Positions 18,765-28,043 are shown, counted from the stretch's first letter. The stretch: 64,000 bases of DNA from an uncultured Thermoanaerobaculia bacterium (GCA_964488355.1 CAZAUJ010000001.1:152454-216453); one strand, 5' to 3'. The notes: generated from the sequence alone by a model not told the origin. Program-made: numbers and translations.

Positions 18765-19477
18765 GCGCCTGGGTGCTGGTCACCCGTGGCGAGGATGAGC
18801 TGGCTGGCCTGCGTGCCACTGCGCCGCCGCAGGTGACAGTGGTGGCCTACCCTGTCCTGCGCCTCGTCCCATGGGAAGAGCCCGCCACTTGGGAGGCGGT
18901 GACCCCTCACCTTGCGCGCATCAATCTTCTGGTCTTCACCAGCCGGCACGCTCCCCCGCCCTTCCTCCAGCAGGCCACCAGCCGGGGTTTGACCGAGCTG
19001 CTGCAACGCTTGCCGGCGGCGGCTATCGGCCAGGCCACCGCCGCGGCGTGCCGGCACGTGGGCTTTCAACCCGTTCTCGTTGGGGAGGGTGGCGCGCAGC
19101 AGCTGGCGGAGCAGTTAGTGGAGCGCGTTCACAGCCCCTGGGTGCTCTATCCTTGCGGGCGCGAGCATCGCCAAGAGCTGAAACACGCGCTGGAGCCTGC
19201 CGGCGGAACGGTTTTTCCCCTGCCCGTTTACGCCATGGACGAGGTTCCCACAGCGGAGCTGCCAGCCCTCCCGCCGAGACAACCCCTGGCGGTGCTGGCT
19301 ACCTCCCCACGAGCAGCGCGAGCCTATTGGCGGGCGACCTCCGCCCGCTACGCCCTTTGCCCCCACTTTGCCCTGGGCTCTACCACCGCCCGGGAGCTGG
19401 CCCAGCTGGGCCTCAAGCCGCAAATCCTGGAAAAACCAAGCATCGAAAGCTTGTGGGAGGAGCTATGCCGGAAATGA
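18761..19477 (+). CDS. hemD: Uroporphyrinogen-III synthase
   Basis: 238 aa at the conserved position between hemC and hemB. ATGA overlaps on both sides. The weakly conserved HemD-like pattern includes FTSRHA and ATSPRAA. Confidence 0.8.
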   Translation: MSAWVLVTRGEDELAGLRATAPPQVTVVAYPVLRLVPWEEPATWEAVTPHLARINLLVFTSRHAPPPFLQQATSRGLTELLQRLPAAAIGQATAAACRHVGFQPVLVGEGGAQQLAEQLVERVHSPWVLYPCGREHRQELKHALEPAGGTVFPLPVYAMDEVPTAELPALPPRQPLAVLATSPRAARAYWRATSARYALCPHFALGSTTARELAQLGLKPQILEKPSIESLWEELCRK

Positions 19478-20451
19478 CCCATCGTCCCCGTCGCCTGCGC
19501 TTCCATCCCCTAGTGCGGGACCTGGTGGCGGAAGCGCGCCTGGCACCCACCCTTTTTGTCATGCCACACTTCGTCCTACCCGATGCCAAACGGGAGGAAG
19601 AAATTGGCGCCATGCCGGGTATCAAGCGCCAAGGCATTGAGGCCCTTCTGCGCACGGTGGAGGCGGACTTGGCCCTGGGCATTCGTTCCGTGCTGCTTTT
19701 CGGCGTGCCCGGCGACGACCAGCCCAAGTTTCCCGATGGCCGTGGCGCGTACGCAGACGATGCCCTCATTCCCAAGGCGGTCAGGGCCTTGAAGGAGCAC
19801 TTTGGCCAAGAGCTGGTGGTGATGACGGATGTTTGCCTGTGCGCCTATACCGACCATGGACACTGCGGGGTGATCGAGGGCGGGCGCGTGGCCAACGACC
19901 CTACCCTCGAGCACCTGGCCCGCATGGCTTTGGCCCACGCCCGCGCCGGTGCGGATGTGGTGGCACCCTCGGACATGATGGACGGAAGGGTGGCAGCCAT
20001 TCGCGAGTTTTTGGACGAGGAAGGCTTCGTCGACACGCCGATCATGAGCTATTCGGTGAAGTACGCTTCTGCTTACTACGGGCCCTTCCGCGAGGCCGCC
20101 CATTCGGCCCCCCAATTCGGTGATCGCAAGTCCTACCAGATGGATCCGCGTAACCGGCGGGAGGCCCTGCTGGAAGCCGAGCTGGACGTCAGCGAAGGGG
20201 CCGACATCCTCATGGTCAAGCCGGCGCTGGCCTACCTGGATGTGGTGCGCGAGCTGAAGGAGCACTTTCCTCAGCCGTTGGCGGTGTACAACGTTTCCGG
20301 TGAGTACTCCATGGTCAAAGCTGCAGCGCAGAAAGGCTGGATTGATGAGCGGGCCGTGGTCATGGAAAACCTGCTCGCCTTTCGCCGTGCAGGGGCGGAC
20401 ATCATTATAACTTACCACGCGCGTGACGTGTTGGTCAATGGCTGGCTGTGA
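19474..20451 (+). CDS. hemB: Porphobilinogen synthase (ALA dehydratase), Zn-type
   Basis: RPRRLRFHPLVRDLV. The Cys-rich Zn site is DVCLCAYTDHGHCG, with active-site lysines in MVKPA and YNVSGEY. The track ORF 18871.. is over-extended. ATG 19474 overlaps the hemD stop; ATG 19465 is an alternative. Confidence 0.95.
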   Translation: MTHRPRRLRFHPLVRDLVAEARLAPTLFVMPHFVLPDAKREEEIGAMPGIKRQGIEALLRTVEADLALGIRSVLLFGVPGDDQPKFPDGRGAYADDALIPKAVRALKEHFGQELVVMTDVCLCAYTDHGHCGVIEGGRVANDPTLEHLARMALAHARAGADVVAPSDMMDGRVAAIREFLDEEGFVDTPIMSYSVKYASAYYGPFREAAHSAPQFGDRKSYQMDPRNRREALLEAELDVSEGADILMVKPALAYLDVVRELKEHFPQPLAVYNVSGEYSMVKAAAQKGWIDERAVVMENLLAFRRAGADIIITYHARDVLVNGWL

Positions 20452-20458
20452 GGTGCTC

Positions 20459-21742
20459 ATGGAGCGCATCCAGTCTTCCCGCTTGTACCAGCGCGCCTGT
20501 CAGCTGATGCCAGGGGGGGTCAGCTCCCCTGTGCGTGCCTTTCGCGCCGTGGGCGGCACTCCCATTTTTTACCATTGCGCCCAAGGGAGCCGCTTCACCG
20601 ACGCGGACGGGCACGAGTACCTGGACTTCGTCATGTCCTGGGGCCCTCTCATCCTTGGTCATGCTCATCCGCGGGTGGTGGAGGCGGTGCAGCGAGCAGC
20701 GGAAGCCGGCCTTTCCTACGGTGCCCCCTGCGAGGCCGAGGTGGAACTGGCTGCCAAGGTAGCGAATCTCTACCCGGGTTGCGAGATGGTGCGCTTTACC
20801 TCTTCGGGAACCGAGGCGGTGATGTCCGCCATCCGCTTAGCCCGCGGTGCTACCGGTCGCGAGCGCATCCTGAAGTTCGAGGGCTGCTACCACGGCCACG
20901 CAGACTCCCTTCTGGTCAAGGCTGGTTCGGGGTTGGCCACCTTCGGCACTCCTTCCTCCGCTGGCGTGCCTGCTGTGCTGGCCGAACTTACGGTGGTGGT
21001 GCCTTTGGATGACGAGGCCGCGCTGGAGGAGGCCTTCGCGCGCTACGGCAAGCAGCTCGCCTGCGCCATCATTGAGCCCGTCCCAGCCAACGCCGGCTTG
21101 CTCGTACAGCGGCGCGAGTTTCTCTTGAGGCTGCACGAGCTTTGCCGAGCTAACCAGGTGCTGCTGATTTTCGACGAGGTGATCACGGGCTTTCGCCTTG
21201 GCCCGGGGGGTGCGGCCCAGTGGCTAGGCATCACTCCGGACCTGGCCACCTTCGGCAAGGTCATCGGCGGGGGCATGCCGGTGGGCGCCTACGGCGGCCG
21301 TCGCGAGCTCATGGACAAGGTGGCCCCGCTGGGCCCGGTGTACCAGGCGGGGACGTTATCGGGCAACCCCGTGGCCATGGCCGCTGGCCTGGCCACCTTG
21401 CAGGTCCTGGAAGAGGAAGACGGCTGGCAACGCCTGGAGCAGTTGGGGAGCGCCTTCGAGCAGGCGGTAACACCGGCTTTGCGTGGTCGCGGAAGCATGG
21501 TGCGGCTTGGCTCGCTCTTTTGGTTTTATTTGGCGCCCGGGCCAGCCCCACGACGGTTCGATGCCATCCACGCGCACGCCGCGGAGCGCTACCGCCTTTT
21601 CCACCGTGTCCTGCTGGACCGAGGTGTTTACCTGGCACCCTCCGCCTACGAGGTGGGTTTCCTGGCCACGGCCCACAGCCAGGACGACCTACAACTGGCG
21701 GCTCAAGCGGTGGCCGAAGCCTTGGAGGAGGTGGCTTGGTGA
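20459..21742 (+). CDS. hemL: Glutamate-1-semialdehyde 2,1-aminomutase
   Basis: MPGGVSSPVRAF, ILGHAHP and the PLP-Lys context TFGKVIGGGMPVGAYGG. Confidence 0.95.
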   Translation: MERIQSSRLYQRACQLMPGGVSSPVRAFRAVGGTPIFYHCAQGSRFTDADGHEYLDFVMSWGPLILGHAHPRVVEAVQRAAEAGLSYGAPCEAEVELAAKVANLYPGCEMVRFTSSGTEAVMSAIRLARGATGRERILKFEGCYHGHADSLLVKAGSGLATFGTPSSAGVPAVLAELTVVVPLDDEAALEEAFARYGKQLACAIIEPVPANAGLLVQRREFLLRLHELCRANQVLLIFDEVITGFRLGPGGAAQWLGITPDLATFGKVIGGGMPVGAYGGRRELMDKVAPLGPVYQAGTLSGNPVAMAAGLATLQVLEEEDGWQRLEQLGSAFEQAVTPALRGRGSMVRLGSLFWFYLAPGPAPRRFDAIHAHAAERYRLFHRVLLDRGVYLAPSAYEVGFLATAHSQDDLQLAAQAVAEALEEVAW

Positions 21743-22749
21743 ACCGCTTTCTCGCCGCGTGCCATGGCGAAGAGGTGGATCGGCCACCGGTTTGGCTCAT
21801 GCGACAGGCAGGCCGCTACCTTCCCGAGTACCGTGCCCTGCGCCAACAGGCGGGGAGCTTTTTGGCCTTGTGCACTACCCCCCAGCTGGCGGCCGAAGCC
21901 ACGCTGCAGCCCCTTCGCCGGTTTCCCCTGGATGCGGCCATCATCTTTTCCGACATTCTCTTGCCTCTGCAGGCTTTGGGCGTGGCGTTCTCCTTTTCCG
22001 ACGATGGTGGCCCCAAGCTCACCCAGCCCCTTGCCTCCCCCAGCGACTGGGCTCAGCTTTCCCTCCCGGACGGTTGGCACGCCCTAGAGCCGGTGGCCGA
22101 AGCTATTCGTCTGGTGAGGTCCCAGTTGCCCACAGAGGCCGCCTTGATCGGTTTTTGTGGCGCCCCTTGGACCCTTGCTTGCTATCTTATCGAGGGTCAA
22201 AACAGCCGCGATTGGGCCCGAGCGCGCCAGCAGGCTTACGCCCGGCCGGAGGAGCTGGCCGGGTTCTTGTCCCTCCTGGGCCGCGCTATGGGCGACTACC
22301 TGGCCTGGCAAGTGGAGGCAGGGGCACAGGCGGTGCAGGTGTTCGACTCCTGGGCCGGGGTTCTGCCGCTAGAGCTTTACCAAGCCCTGGCTGTGCCGGC
22401 GCTACGAATTTTGAGCGAGCGCGTGGAGCCGACCGGCGTGCCTCGCATCCTTTACCTGGGTCAGGGCAGCCACCTGTTGCCAGCGGTGAGGCTGCTGCCC
22501 TTCGAGGTGGTGAGCGTGGATTGGCGAACAGACTTGGCGGCAGCGGGGGCTACCGGCAAGGCGGTGCAAGGCAACCTGGACCCGGCGGTTCTTTTTGCCG
22601 ACAGCCGAACGGTCCGGGCAGCCACCCGTCGCATGCTCCAGGCGGCGCCGAGGCGGGGCTACATTGCCAACCTGGGCCACGGCCTGTGGCCGCAAACGCC
22701 GGTGAGCTCGGTGGAAGCCTTCGTTGCGGCGGTGGCGGAGGGCATATGA
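21739..22749 (+). CDS. hemE: Uroporphyrinogen decarboxylase
   Basis: A GTG start overlaps the hemL TGA. Signature PPVWLMRQAGRYLPEYR, with C-terminal IANLGHG. The track ORF 21220.. is over-extended. Confidence 0.95.
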   Translation: MNRFLAACHGEEVDRPPVWLMRQAGRYLPEYRALRQQAGSFLALCTTPQLAAEATLQPLRRFPLDAAIIFSDILLPLQALGVAFSFSDDGGPKLTQPLASPSDWAQLSLPDGWHALEPVAEAIRLVRSQLPTEAALIGFCGAPWTLACYLIEGQNSRDWARARQQAYARPEELAGFLSLLGRAMGDYLAWQVEAGAQAVQVFDSWAGVLPLELYQALAVPALRILSERVEPTGVPRILYLGQGSHLLPAVRLLPFEVVSVDWRTDLAAAGATGKAVQGNLDPAVLFADSRTVRAATRRMLQAAPRRGYIANLGHGLWPQTPVSSVEAFVAAVAEGI

Positions 22750-24182
22750 GCACGGCAAGGGCGACACCTGAATTTTCGCGAGTTCCTTTTGTTACCGAAG
22801 TGGACTTCTCCCTAGTGACGGCCGAGCTCATTGCCAAGTACGACCGCCCGGGCCCCCGGTACACCTCCTACCCCACAGCACCGCAGTTTTCCACCAGCTT
22901 CACCGCCGCCGACTACCGACGCGCCTTGGAGATGGCCTCCCGGCGCCCAACCGAGCCCCTTTCCCTTTACGTTCATATCCCCTTTTGTGAAGCGCGCTGC
23001 ACCTACTGCGGCTGCAACATCGTCATCTCCCCCCACCGCGGACCAGAAGAGGCCTATTTGCATGCGGTGGAGAGAGAACTGGGCCTCTTGGCGGAGGCGC
23101 TGGGCCACCGGCGTACCCTCTCGCAAATGCACTGGGGCGGTGGAACCCCCACCTACCTCACCCCGTCCCAGTGTGCCCGCTTGGCGGAGGCCATTGCTCG
23201 GCACTTCACCTTCACCCCCGATGCGGAGGTGGCCATCGAGGTGGACCCGTGCGTCACCTCCCAGGAGCATCTACGGGTGCTGCGAGGGCTAGGATTCAAC
23301 CGCATTTCCATGGGCCTGCAAGACCTTGACCCGCAAGTGCAACAGGCCGTTCGCCGGATCCAAAGCCTTGAGACCACCAAGGCTTTGGTGGAAAAAGCGC
23401 GGGAGCTGGGCTTCGCTTCGGTCAACGTGGACCTCATGTATGGCCTGCCCTACCAAACGCCGGAATCCTTCGCCAAGACAGCGGAGACAGTGGTTCGGGA
23501 GCTGTCCCCCGATCGGTTGGCGGTTTTCTCCTATGCCCACGTACCTTGGATCAAGCCGCATCAGCGAGCCCTGGAGTCCATGCCCTTGCCGCGGGGTTTC
23601 GCCAAGTTCCAAATCTTCGCCGCTGCAGCCCAGGTTTTCGTGCAAGCCGGTTACCGCTTCATCGGCATGGACCACTTTGCCAAGCCGGAAGACGAGCTGT
23701 CCCGAGCCCTGGAGCGGGGGAGCTTACATCGAAACTTCATGGGCTATACGGTGCTGCCGGCCACCGACCTGGTGGGCGTGGGGGTGACAGCCATTGGCGA
23801 CGTGGCTGGGGCTTACGTGCAAAACGAGAAGAACTTGGCCCGTTACCAAAGAGCCCTGGCAGGCGGGCAATTTCCCGTTGAGAGAGGCATCTGGCGCAGC
23901 GAGGAAGACGAGCTTCGTGGCGCGGTGATTCGCAAGCTCATCTGCACCTTCACCTTGGCCTTTTCCTGGGTGCGGGAGCGGTTCCGTGTGGACCCGCACG
24001 AGTACTTCGCGCAAGAGCTTGCGGAGCTGGCACCCTTCATTGAGGACGGACTGGTGCACCTGGATGACCAGGGCATCACCGTTCTGCCCCAGGGCCGTGT
24101 GTTCATTCGCAACATCTGCATGCCCTTTGACGCCTACCTGCGCCGGGAAACCGGCCGCCCAGTTTACTCGCGAACCGTATGA
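22746..24182 (+). CDS. hemN: Oxygen-independent coproporphyrinogen-III oxidase (radical SAM)
   Basis: ATGA overlap with hemE. HemN-specific N-terminus YDRPGPRYTSYPTAPQF and radical-SAM CEARCTYCGC (Cx3Cx2C). The track ORF 21483.. is over-extended. Confidence 0.93.
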   Translation: MSTARATPEFSRVPFVTEVDFSLVTAELIAKYDRPGPRYTSYPTAPQFSTSFTAADYRRALEMASRRPTEPLSLYVHIPFCEARCTYCGCNIVISPHRGPEEAYLHAVERELGLLAEALGHRRTLSQMHWGGGTPTYLTPSQCARLAEAIARHFTFTPDAEVAIEVDPCVTSQEHLRVLRGLGFNRISMGLQDLDPQVQQAVRRIQSLETTKALVEKARELGFASVNVDLMYGLPYQTPESFAKTAETVVRELSPDRLAVFSYAHVPWIKPHQRALESMPLPRGFAKFQIFAAAAQVFVQAGYRFIGMDHFAKPEDELSRALERGSLHRNFMGYTVLPATDLVGVGVTAIGDVAGAYVQNEKNLARYQRALAGGQFPVERGIWRSEEDELRGAVIRKLICTFTLAFSWVRERFRVDPHEYFAQELAELAPFIEDGLVHLDDQGITVLPQGRVFIRNICMPFDAYLRRETGRPVYSRTV

Positions 24183-25585
24183 CGAACGGCGAACCGTTTG
24201 ATGTGATCGTCGTGGGTGGAGGCATCGCCGGTCTTACCTGTGCGTTTTTCTCCAGACAACAGGGCCTTTCGCTGCTGCTGTTGGAAGAAAGCGAGCGGCC
24301 CGGGGGCAAGATACGCAGCCAATGGGAGGACGGCTTTTGCTGCGAGTGGGGGCCCCAGGGTTTTCTCGACAACGTGCCCGAGACGCTCGAGCTGGTACGG
24401 GCTTTGGGGCTCGAGACTCGCTTGGTGCGGGCCAGTGATCAGGCCGCTGCCCGCTTTATCTTGCGGCAGGGCAGGCTCCGGCGCATTCCCCTATCGCCCC
24501 CCGCCTTCCTGGCTTCCGATGTGCTCTCCTGGCGTGGAAAGCTGCGCCTTCTAGCCGAGCCTTTTATGCCCCGGGGAAAAGGCGAGGACGAATCGGTGCT
24601 GGCCTTTGCCCGTCGGCGCATCGGACGCGAGGCGGCAGAGGTGCTGGTGGACGCCATGGTCACTGGCCTGTACGCCGGCAGGGCGGAGGAGCTTTCCCTG
24701 GCCGCTACATTTCCCAAGATGGCAGCCATGGAGCGCACCTACGGTTCCCTCACCCGTGCTCTTCTTGCCCTGCGCCGAAAGGGCGGGCGGGGCGGACCGG
24801 CAGGGCCTGGTGGCATCCTCACCACCTTCGTGAGCGGCATGCAGGAGCTTCCCGACGCCCTGGCTCGGGCGCTGTCCAGCCAGCTGCGCCTTCAGGCGTC
24901 GGTGCTGCGCCTGCACCGCGAGCCTGATCAGAAGGCCACCTGGGTGGTGGAGCTAGCCTCGGGCGAGCGCCTCCAAACCCGTGCCCTGGTGCTTACGGTC
25001 CCGCCACAGCAGGCCGCCTGCCTGCTGGCGAACCTCTTCCCCCAGCCAGCTCTGGAGGCGCTCCGAGCCATACCTACCCCGCCGGTGGTGGTGGTGATGA
25101 CCGCGTATCGCCGCTCCCAGCCCTTTGCCCACGCGTTGGGTGGCTTTGGATTCTTGGTACCCTCCGGGGAGCCGCGTCGCATCCTCGGAACGCTCTTCTG
25201 CCACTCTATCTTCCCTGGCCAGGCGCCGCCTGGGACGGTCCTCTTGCGCACCATCCTGGGCGGCGCGCGCGCCCCCGAGGTCATCGACTACACCGACGAG
25301 GAGTTGCTGGCGTTGGTGCGGCGAGAGCTTCATGCCGTCTTGGGCGGCGACCCTGATCCGGCGCTGGTGCGCATCTTCCGCCACCCCGAGGGGATACCGC
25401 AATACACCCTAGGCCACCCTCACCGGCTTGCCGCCATCGAAGGCGCAGCAGCTTCCCTGCCTGGTTTGTACCTGACCGGCAACGCCTACCGGGGTGTGGC
25501 GGTGAACGCCTGCATTGCCGAGGCCAAGCGGGTGGCCCACAGCCTGGCCCGGTTTGTAAGGGGCGGACCGCCCACGGATGGCTAG
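24179..25585 (+). CDS. hemY: FAD-dependent protoporphyrinogen (or coproporphyrinogen) oxidase, HemY type
   Basis: ATGA overlap with hemN. Dinucleotide fold VIVVGGGIAGLTCAF, C-terminal GLYLTGNAYRGVAVNACI, 468 aa. Confidence 0.9.
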   Translation: MTNGEPFDVIVVGGGIAGLTCAFFSRQQGLSLLLLEESERPGGKIRSQWEDGFCCEWGPQGFLDNVPETLELVRALGLETRLVRASDQAAARFILRQGRLRRIPLSPPAFLASDVLSWRGKLRLLAEPFMPRGKGEDESVLAFARRRIGREAAEVLVDAMVTGLYAGRAEELSLAATFPKMAAMERTYGSLTRALLALRRKGGRGGPAGPGGILTTFVSGMQELPDALARALSSQLRLQASVLRLHREPDQKATWVVELASGERLQTRALVLTVPPQQAACLLANLFPQPALEALRAIPTPPVVVVMTAYRRSQPFAHALGGFGFLVPSGEPRRILGTLFCHSIFPGQAPPGTVLLRTILGGARAPEVIDYTDEELLALVRRELHAVLGGDPDPALVRIFRHPEGIPQYTLGHPHRLAAIEGAAASLPGLYLTGNAYRGVAVNACIAEAKRVAHSLARFVRGGPPTDG

Positions 25586-26080
25586 TTAGGCTGCCGGCAG
25601 CCGTCGCCGGGGACCAGAGCGGTGGCGGAAACCACGCCGCCTGCCCTCCACCCCTTGGCAGGCGGGGCACAGCCCTTCCAGGACCAGCTCCGCACCGGTG
25701 ATGCGGAACCCCGTTTCCTCTTCCAGGTGCGGTGCCAGCTGGATGTGCACACCTTCTTCCACGTCCACCACTTTCCCGCATTGGCTGCAAAACAAGTGAT
25801 GGTGCGGGACCATGGGCACATCGAAGCGGGCACGGCCATCGGGAGTGGCTACCGCACGGACCATGCCAATGCTCTCGAACAGGTGGAGGTTCTTGTACAC
25901 CGTCGCCAACGAAAGATCCGGCGCTTGTTGGCGCGAGAGCTCGGCGTGCAGTTGCTCAGCGGTTGGGTGGTCTCGCCTGCACGCTAAGGCGCGAAAAATC
26001 ATGATCCGCTGCGAGGTGACGGAATGCCCGTATGCGCGCAGCGCCGACACCAGCTTTTGAATGAGTAGGTCTTCGCTCAT
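25586..26080 (-). CDS. Fur-family metalloregulator (Fur/Zur/PerR; specificity unknown)
   Basis: The true start MSEDLLIQKL is at 26080; the track ORF extends to 26479. Winged-helix TSQRIMIFRAL...LSLATVYKNLHLFESIGMV, HHHLFCSQCGKV and a second CPAC pair. It ends tail-to-tail with hemY with no spacer. Confidence 0.85.
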   Translation of the reverse strand: MSEDLLIQKLVSALRAYGHSVTSQRIMIFRALACRRDHPTAEQLHAELSRQQAPDLSLATVYKNLHLFESIGMVRAVATPDGRARFDVPMVPHHHLFCSQCGKVVDVEEGVHIQLAPHLEEETGFRITGAELVLEGLCPACQGVEGRRRGFRHRSGPRRRLPAA

Positions 26081-26226
26081 GGGCACGCCTCCGTCCTCGC
26101 CCACGCCCGATAGACTAAAACAAAAAATTACCGGTCGCCATTCCGGGCCGCCTCCCGGCAAAGCAGCAAAATGGCTCAGGCCACACCCTGGGGCAAACGC
26201 TGTCGCAGCAACGCCGCCAACTCGTC

Positions 26227-27369
26227 CTATTTGGGCGGCCCAAAGGAAACCGCCACGTAAAGCGCGAGAACAGGCCAGCGGAAAACGCCGGAAAGCATGG
26301 CCATGCAGGGGAGTAACAGCCCCGGTCCGCCCAACAAGTATGCCAGGGTTGCCCCCGGGCCCATCCCCTTGTGCATCAGGGCCAGGGCTGTGGGGACCTC
26401 CACGTAAGTGCATACGTAGGCCAGCAAAGCCACCGCGCTGGCCACAAGCACGCTGTCGAGGGCTTTCCCACCAACCCATTCCGTAATCAAACTTGTGGGA
26501 ATGAGAACCTTGATCGCCCGGGCAATGAGCACCGCCAGAAGCAGGTAGCCGTTCAGCTGGAGAAAGGGTTTCCAGGCCAGTCGACCCGTCTCCAGTAAGC
26601 GCTGGGTCAGGTTTGCCGGCAAGGCATCGGCCGTGAGGAGGACGGCACAGGCGCCTACGTCACGTAACTCAACGTCGTGCATCGCGGCCAACCGCCGCCT
26701 TCCCTTACCATCTTGCTCGACCAATCCCGCCTCTTCCAAAAGGTGGAGTTTCTCTAACGTGCCCGGTTCCAGCTCCGAAGGTGCAATGGCCTCCGGCTTC
26801 GCTACGGCTTTTAGAACGAACTCGAAGGCAGACTTCTGCAGCTCGGGAGAAAGCCGCGGAGTAACCCGGATCTTGAGAAACTTTCTCAGGCCGCGATCGC
26901 GCGCCTGCCAACGGGTAAGCACCTGGCCCAGGGTACGCGCAATGGCGAATGTAGCTACCACCCTGGCCAAGGCCATGGGCCAGCCCAAGATGCCCGCCGT
27001 CATAAAGACGGTGGGCACGTTGAGCATGGGAGCCGCCACAAGGAAGGCCCTGGTGGGTCCCAGGGGGATGCCGGCCTCCACCATTCCCGCCAGTACAGGC
27101 ACGATGCCACAGGAACAAATGGGTATGACGGCGCCGGCCGCGGCGGCCATGAAGTTGGCGAGAAAGCCACCATAGCCCATTTTCACTTTCACTTTTTCCC
27201 ACGAAACAAAGATTACAAGGGCCGCAGCAATCAGCATGCCGACGACCCAATCCTGGAACAACTCGACCAGCACCGCTGGGGCCTTGATGTAAACGAACCA
27301 CGCAACCTTAGCCAGGTTGCAGGAAAGAGGGGCGGCAATTTCAACCAGCCGAGCCTCGTCCTCAGGCAC
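26227..27369 (-). CDS. Predicted permease of the DUF318/ArsP type (two-half 8-10 TM transporter with CSC motif)
   Basis: 380 aa, GTG start. Family-typical N-terminus APAVLVELFQDWVVGMLIAAALVIF and motif AVIPICSCGIVPVLAGM, with a second-half repeat. A roughly 100-aa soluble central loop separates the halves. Confidence 0.85.
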   Translation of the reverse strand: MPEDEARLVEIAAPLSCNLAKVAWFVYIKAPAVLVELFQDWVVGMLIAAALVIFVSWEKVKVKMGYGGFLANFMAAAAGAVIPICSCGIVPVLAGMVEAGIPLGPTRAFLVAAPMLNVPTVFMTAGILGWPMALARVVATFAIARTLGQVLTRWQARDRGLRKFLKIRVTPRLSPELQKSAFEFVLKAVAKPEAIAPSELEPGTLEKLHLLEEAGLVEQDGKGRRRLAAMHDVELRDVGACAVLLTADALPANLTQRLLETGRLAWKPFLQLNGYLLLAVLIARAIKVLIPTSLITEWVGGKALDSVLVASAVALLAYVCTYVEVPTALALMHKGMGPGATLAYLLGGPGLLLPCMAMLSGVFRWPVLALYVAVSFGPPK

Positions 27370-27378
27370 GCCAGGGGG

Positions 27379-27576
27379 CTATACCAGGCCGTACATAAAG
27401 AGGGCACGGAATGATAGCCCCTGCTTCGCCACATAAGCCAGGGTGGAGAGGTCCATGACCAGCACAAGCGCCAAAAACCCCCAGGGGCGAGAGGTAATGG
27501 CCGCAAGGGCCGAGGATGTGGCTCTGCGATCCGCGGCCTTGTCAACCGACAACAACTGGTGCTCAACTGCGTTCAT
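27379..27576 (-). CDS. 65-aa ORF in the same frame as the downstream permease, separated from it by one TAG codon (possible N-terminal extension or split gene)
   Basis: ATG 27576 is preceded by GAGAGGGGAAGAGG. One hydrophobic segment, WGFLALVLVMDLSTLAYV. The stop TAG at 27381-27379 is followed by 3 codons and then the permease GTG, all in one frame. Confidence 0.35.
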   Translation of the reverse strand: MNAVEHQLLSVDKAADRRATSSALAAITSRPWGFLALVLVMDLSTLAYVAKQGLSFRALFMYGLV

Positions 27577-27787
27577 GCCTCTTCCCCTCTCGAGTCCGGC
27601 GATTTCTCAACGATGGTGCGCCGGCTTGATTCTTCCAACCCTAGGCCCTCGCTGTGAGCCTTGTTTGATGCCAGCTTGCGGACAAACCCTGGTAAGCTGC
27701 TTGCCTCTGGAGAAAACTAACGCGTACCCGTAGCCACCGCGCCTTCCCGTTCCGGTCCTGGCAGTTGCCATCCACCATGAGTCAGGC

Positions 27788-28006
27788 TCAGGTGCAACCG
27801 CAGGATCCACCGCAGCAAGAAGCCTTCGGCGCCTCACCGCCTTTGGACGACACAACAGCAAGCGGCGAGAAAACCCTCACAACCCTTTCGCCTCCGCAGC
27901 GCGGACAAGAAGTTTTTAGGCCGGAAGCGTAGTCCTCAACGGAGGCACGAATCTCGAAGCGCTCTTGGCACGCGGGACACAGGTACTCGTACACAGGCAT
28001 AGGCAA
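27788..28006 (-). CDS. FmdB-family zinc-ribbon protein
   Basis: MPVYEYLCPACQERFE...CPRCGGE is the canonical FmdB/CxxC-CxxC signature. Cys-rich tail CCGGSCGCT. Confidence 0.85.
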   Translation of the reverse strand: MPMPVYEYLCPACQERFEIRASVEDYASGLKTSCPRCGGERVVRVFSPLAVVSSKGGEAPKASCCGGSCGCT

Positions 28007-28043
28007 CCCCTCCCCTTGCGCATTCTATACGCCCCCCGGTCTG

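Noticed and set aside
27577-27787. Possible cobalamin, Mn (yybP-ykoY) or other riboswitch, or a Fur box, in the 211-nt leader. The 26081-26226 gap was checked for the same elements.
   Set aside because: I could not find a B12 box, the yybP conserved helices or an AT-rich 19-bp Fur-type palindrome by eye. The region is reported only as an unexplained leader.
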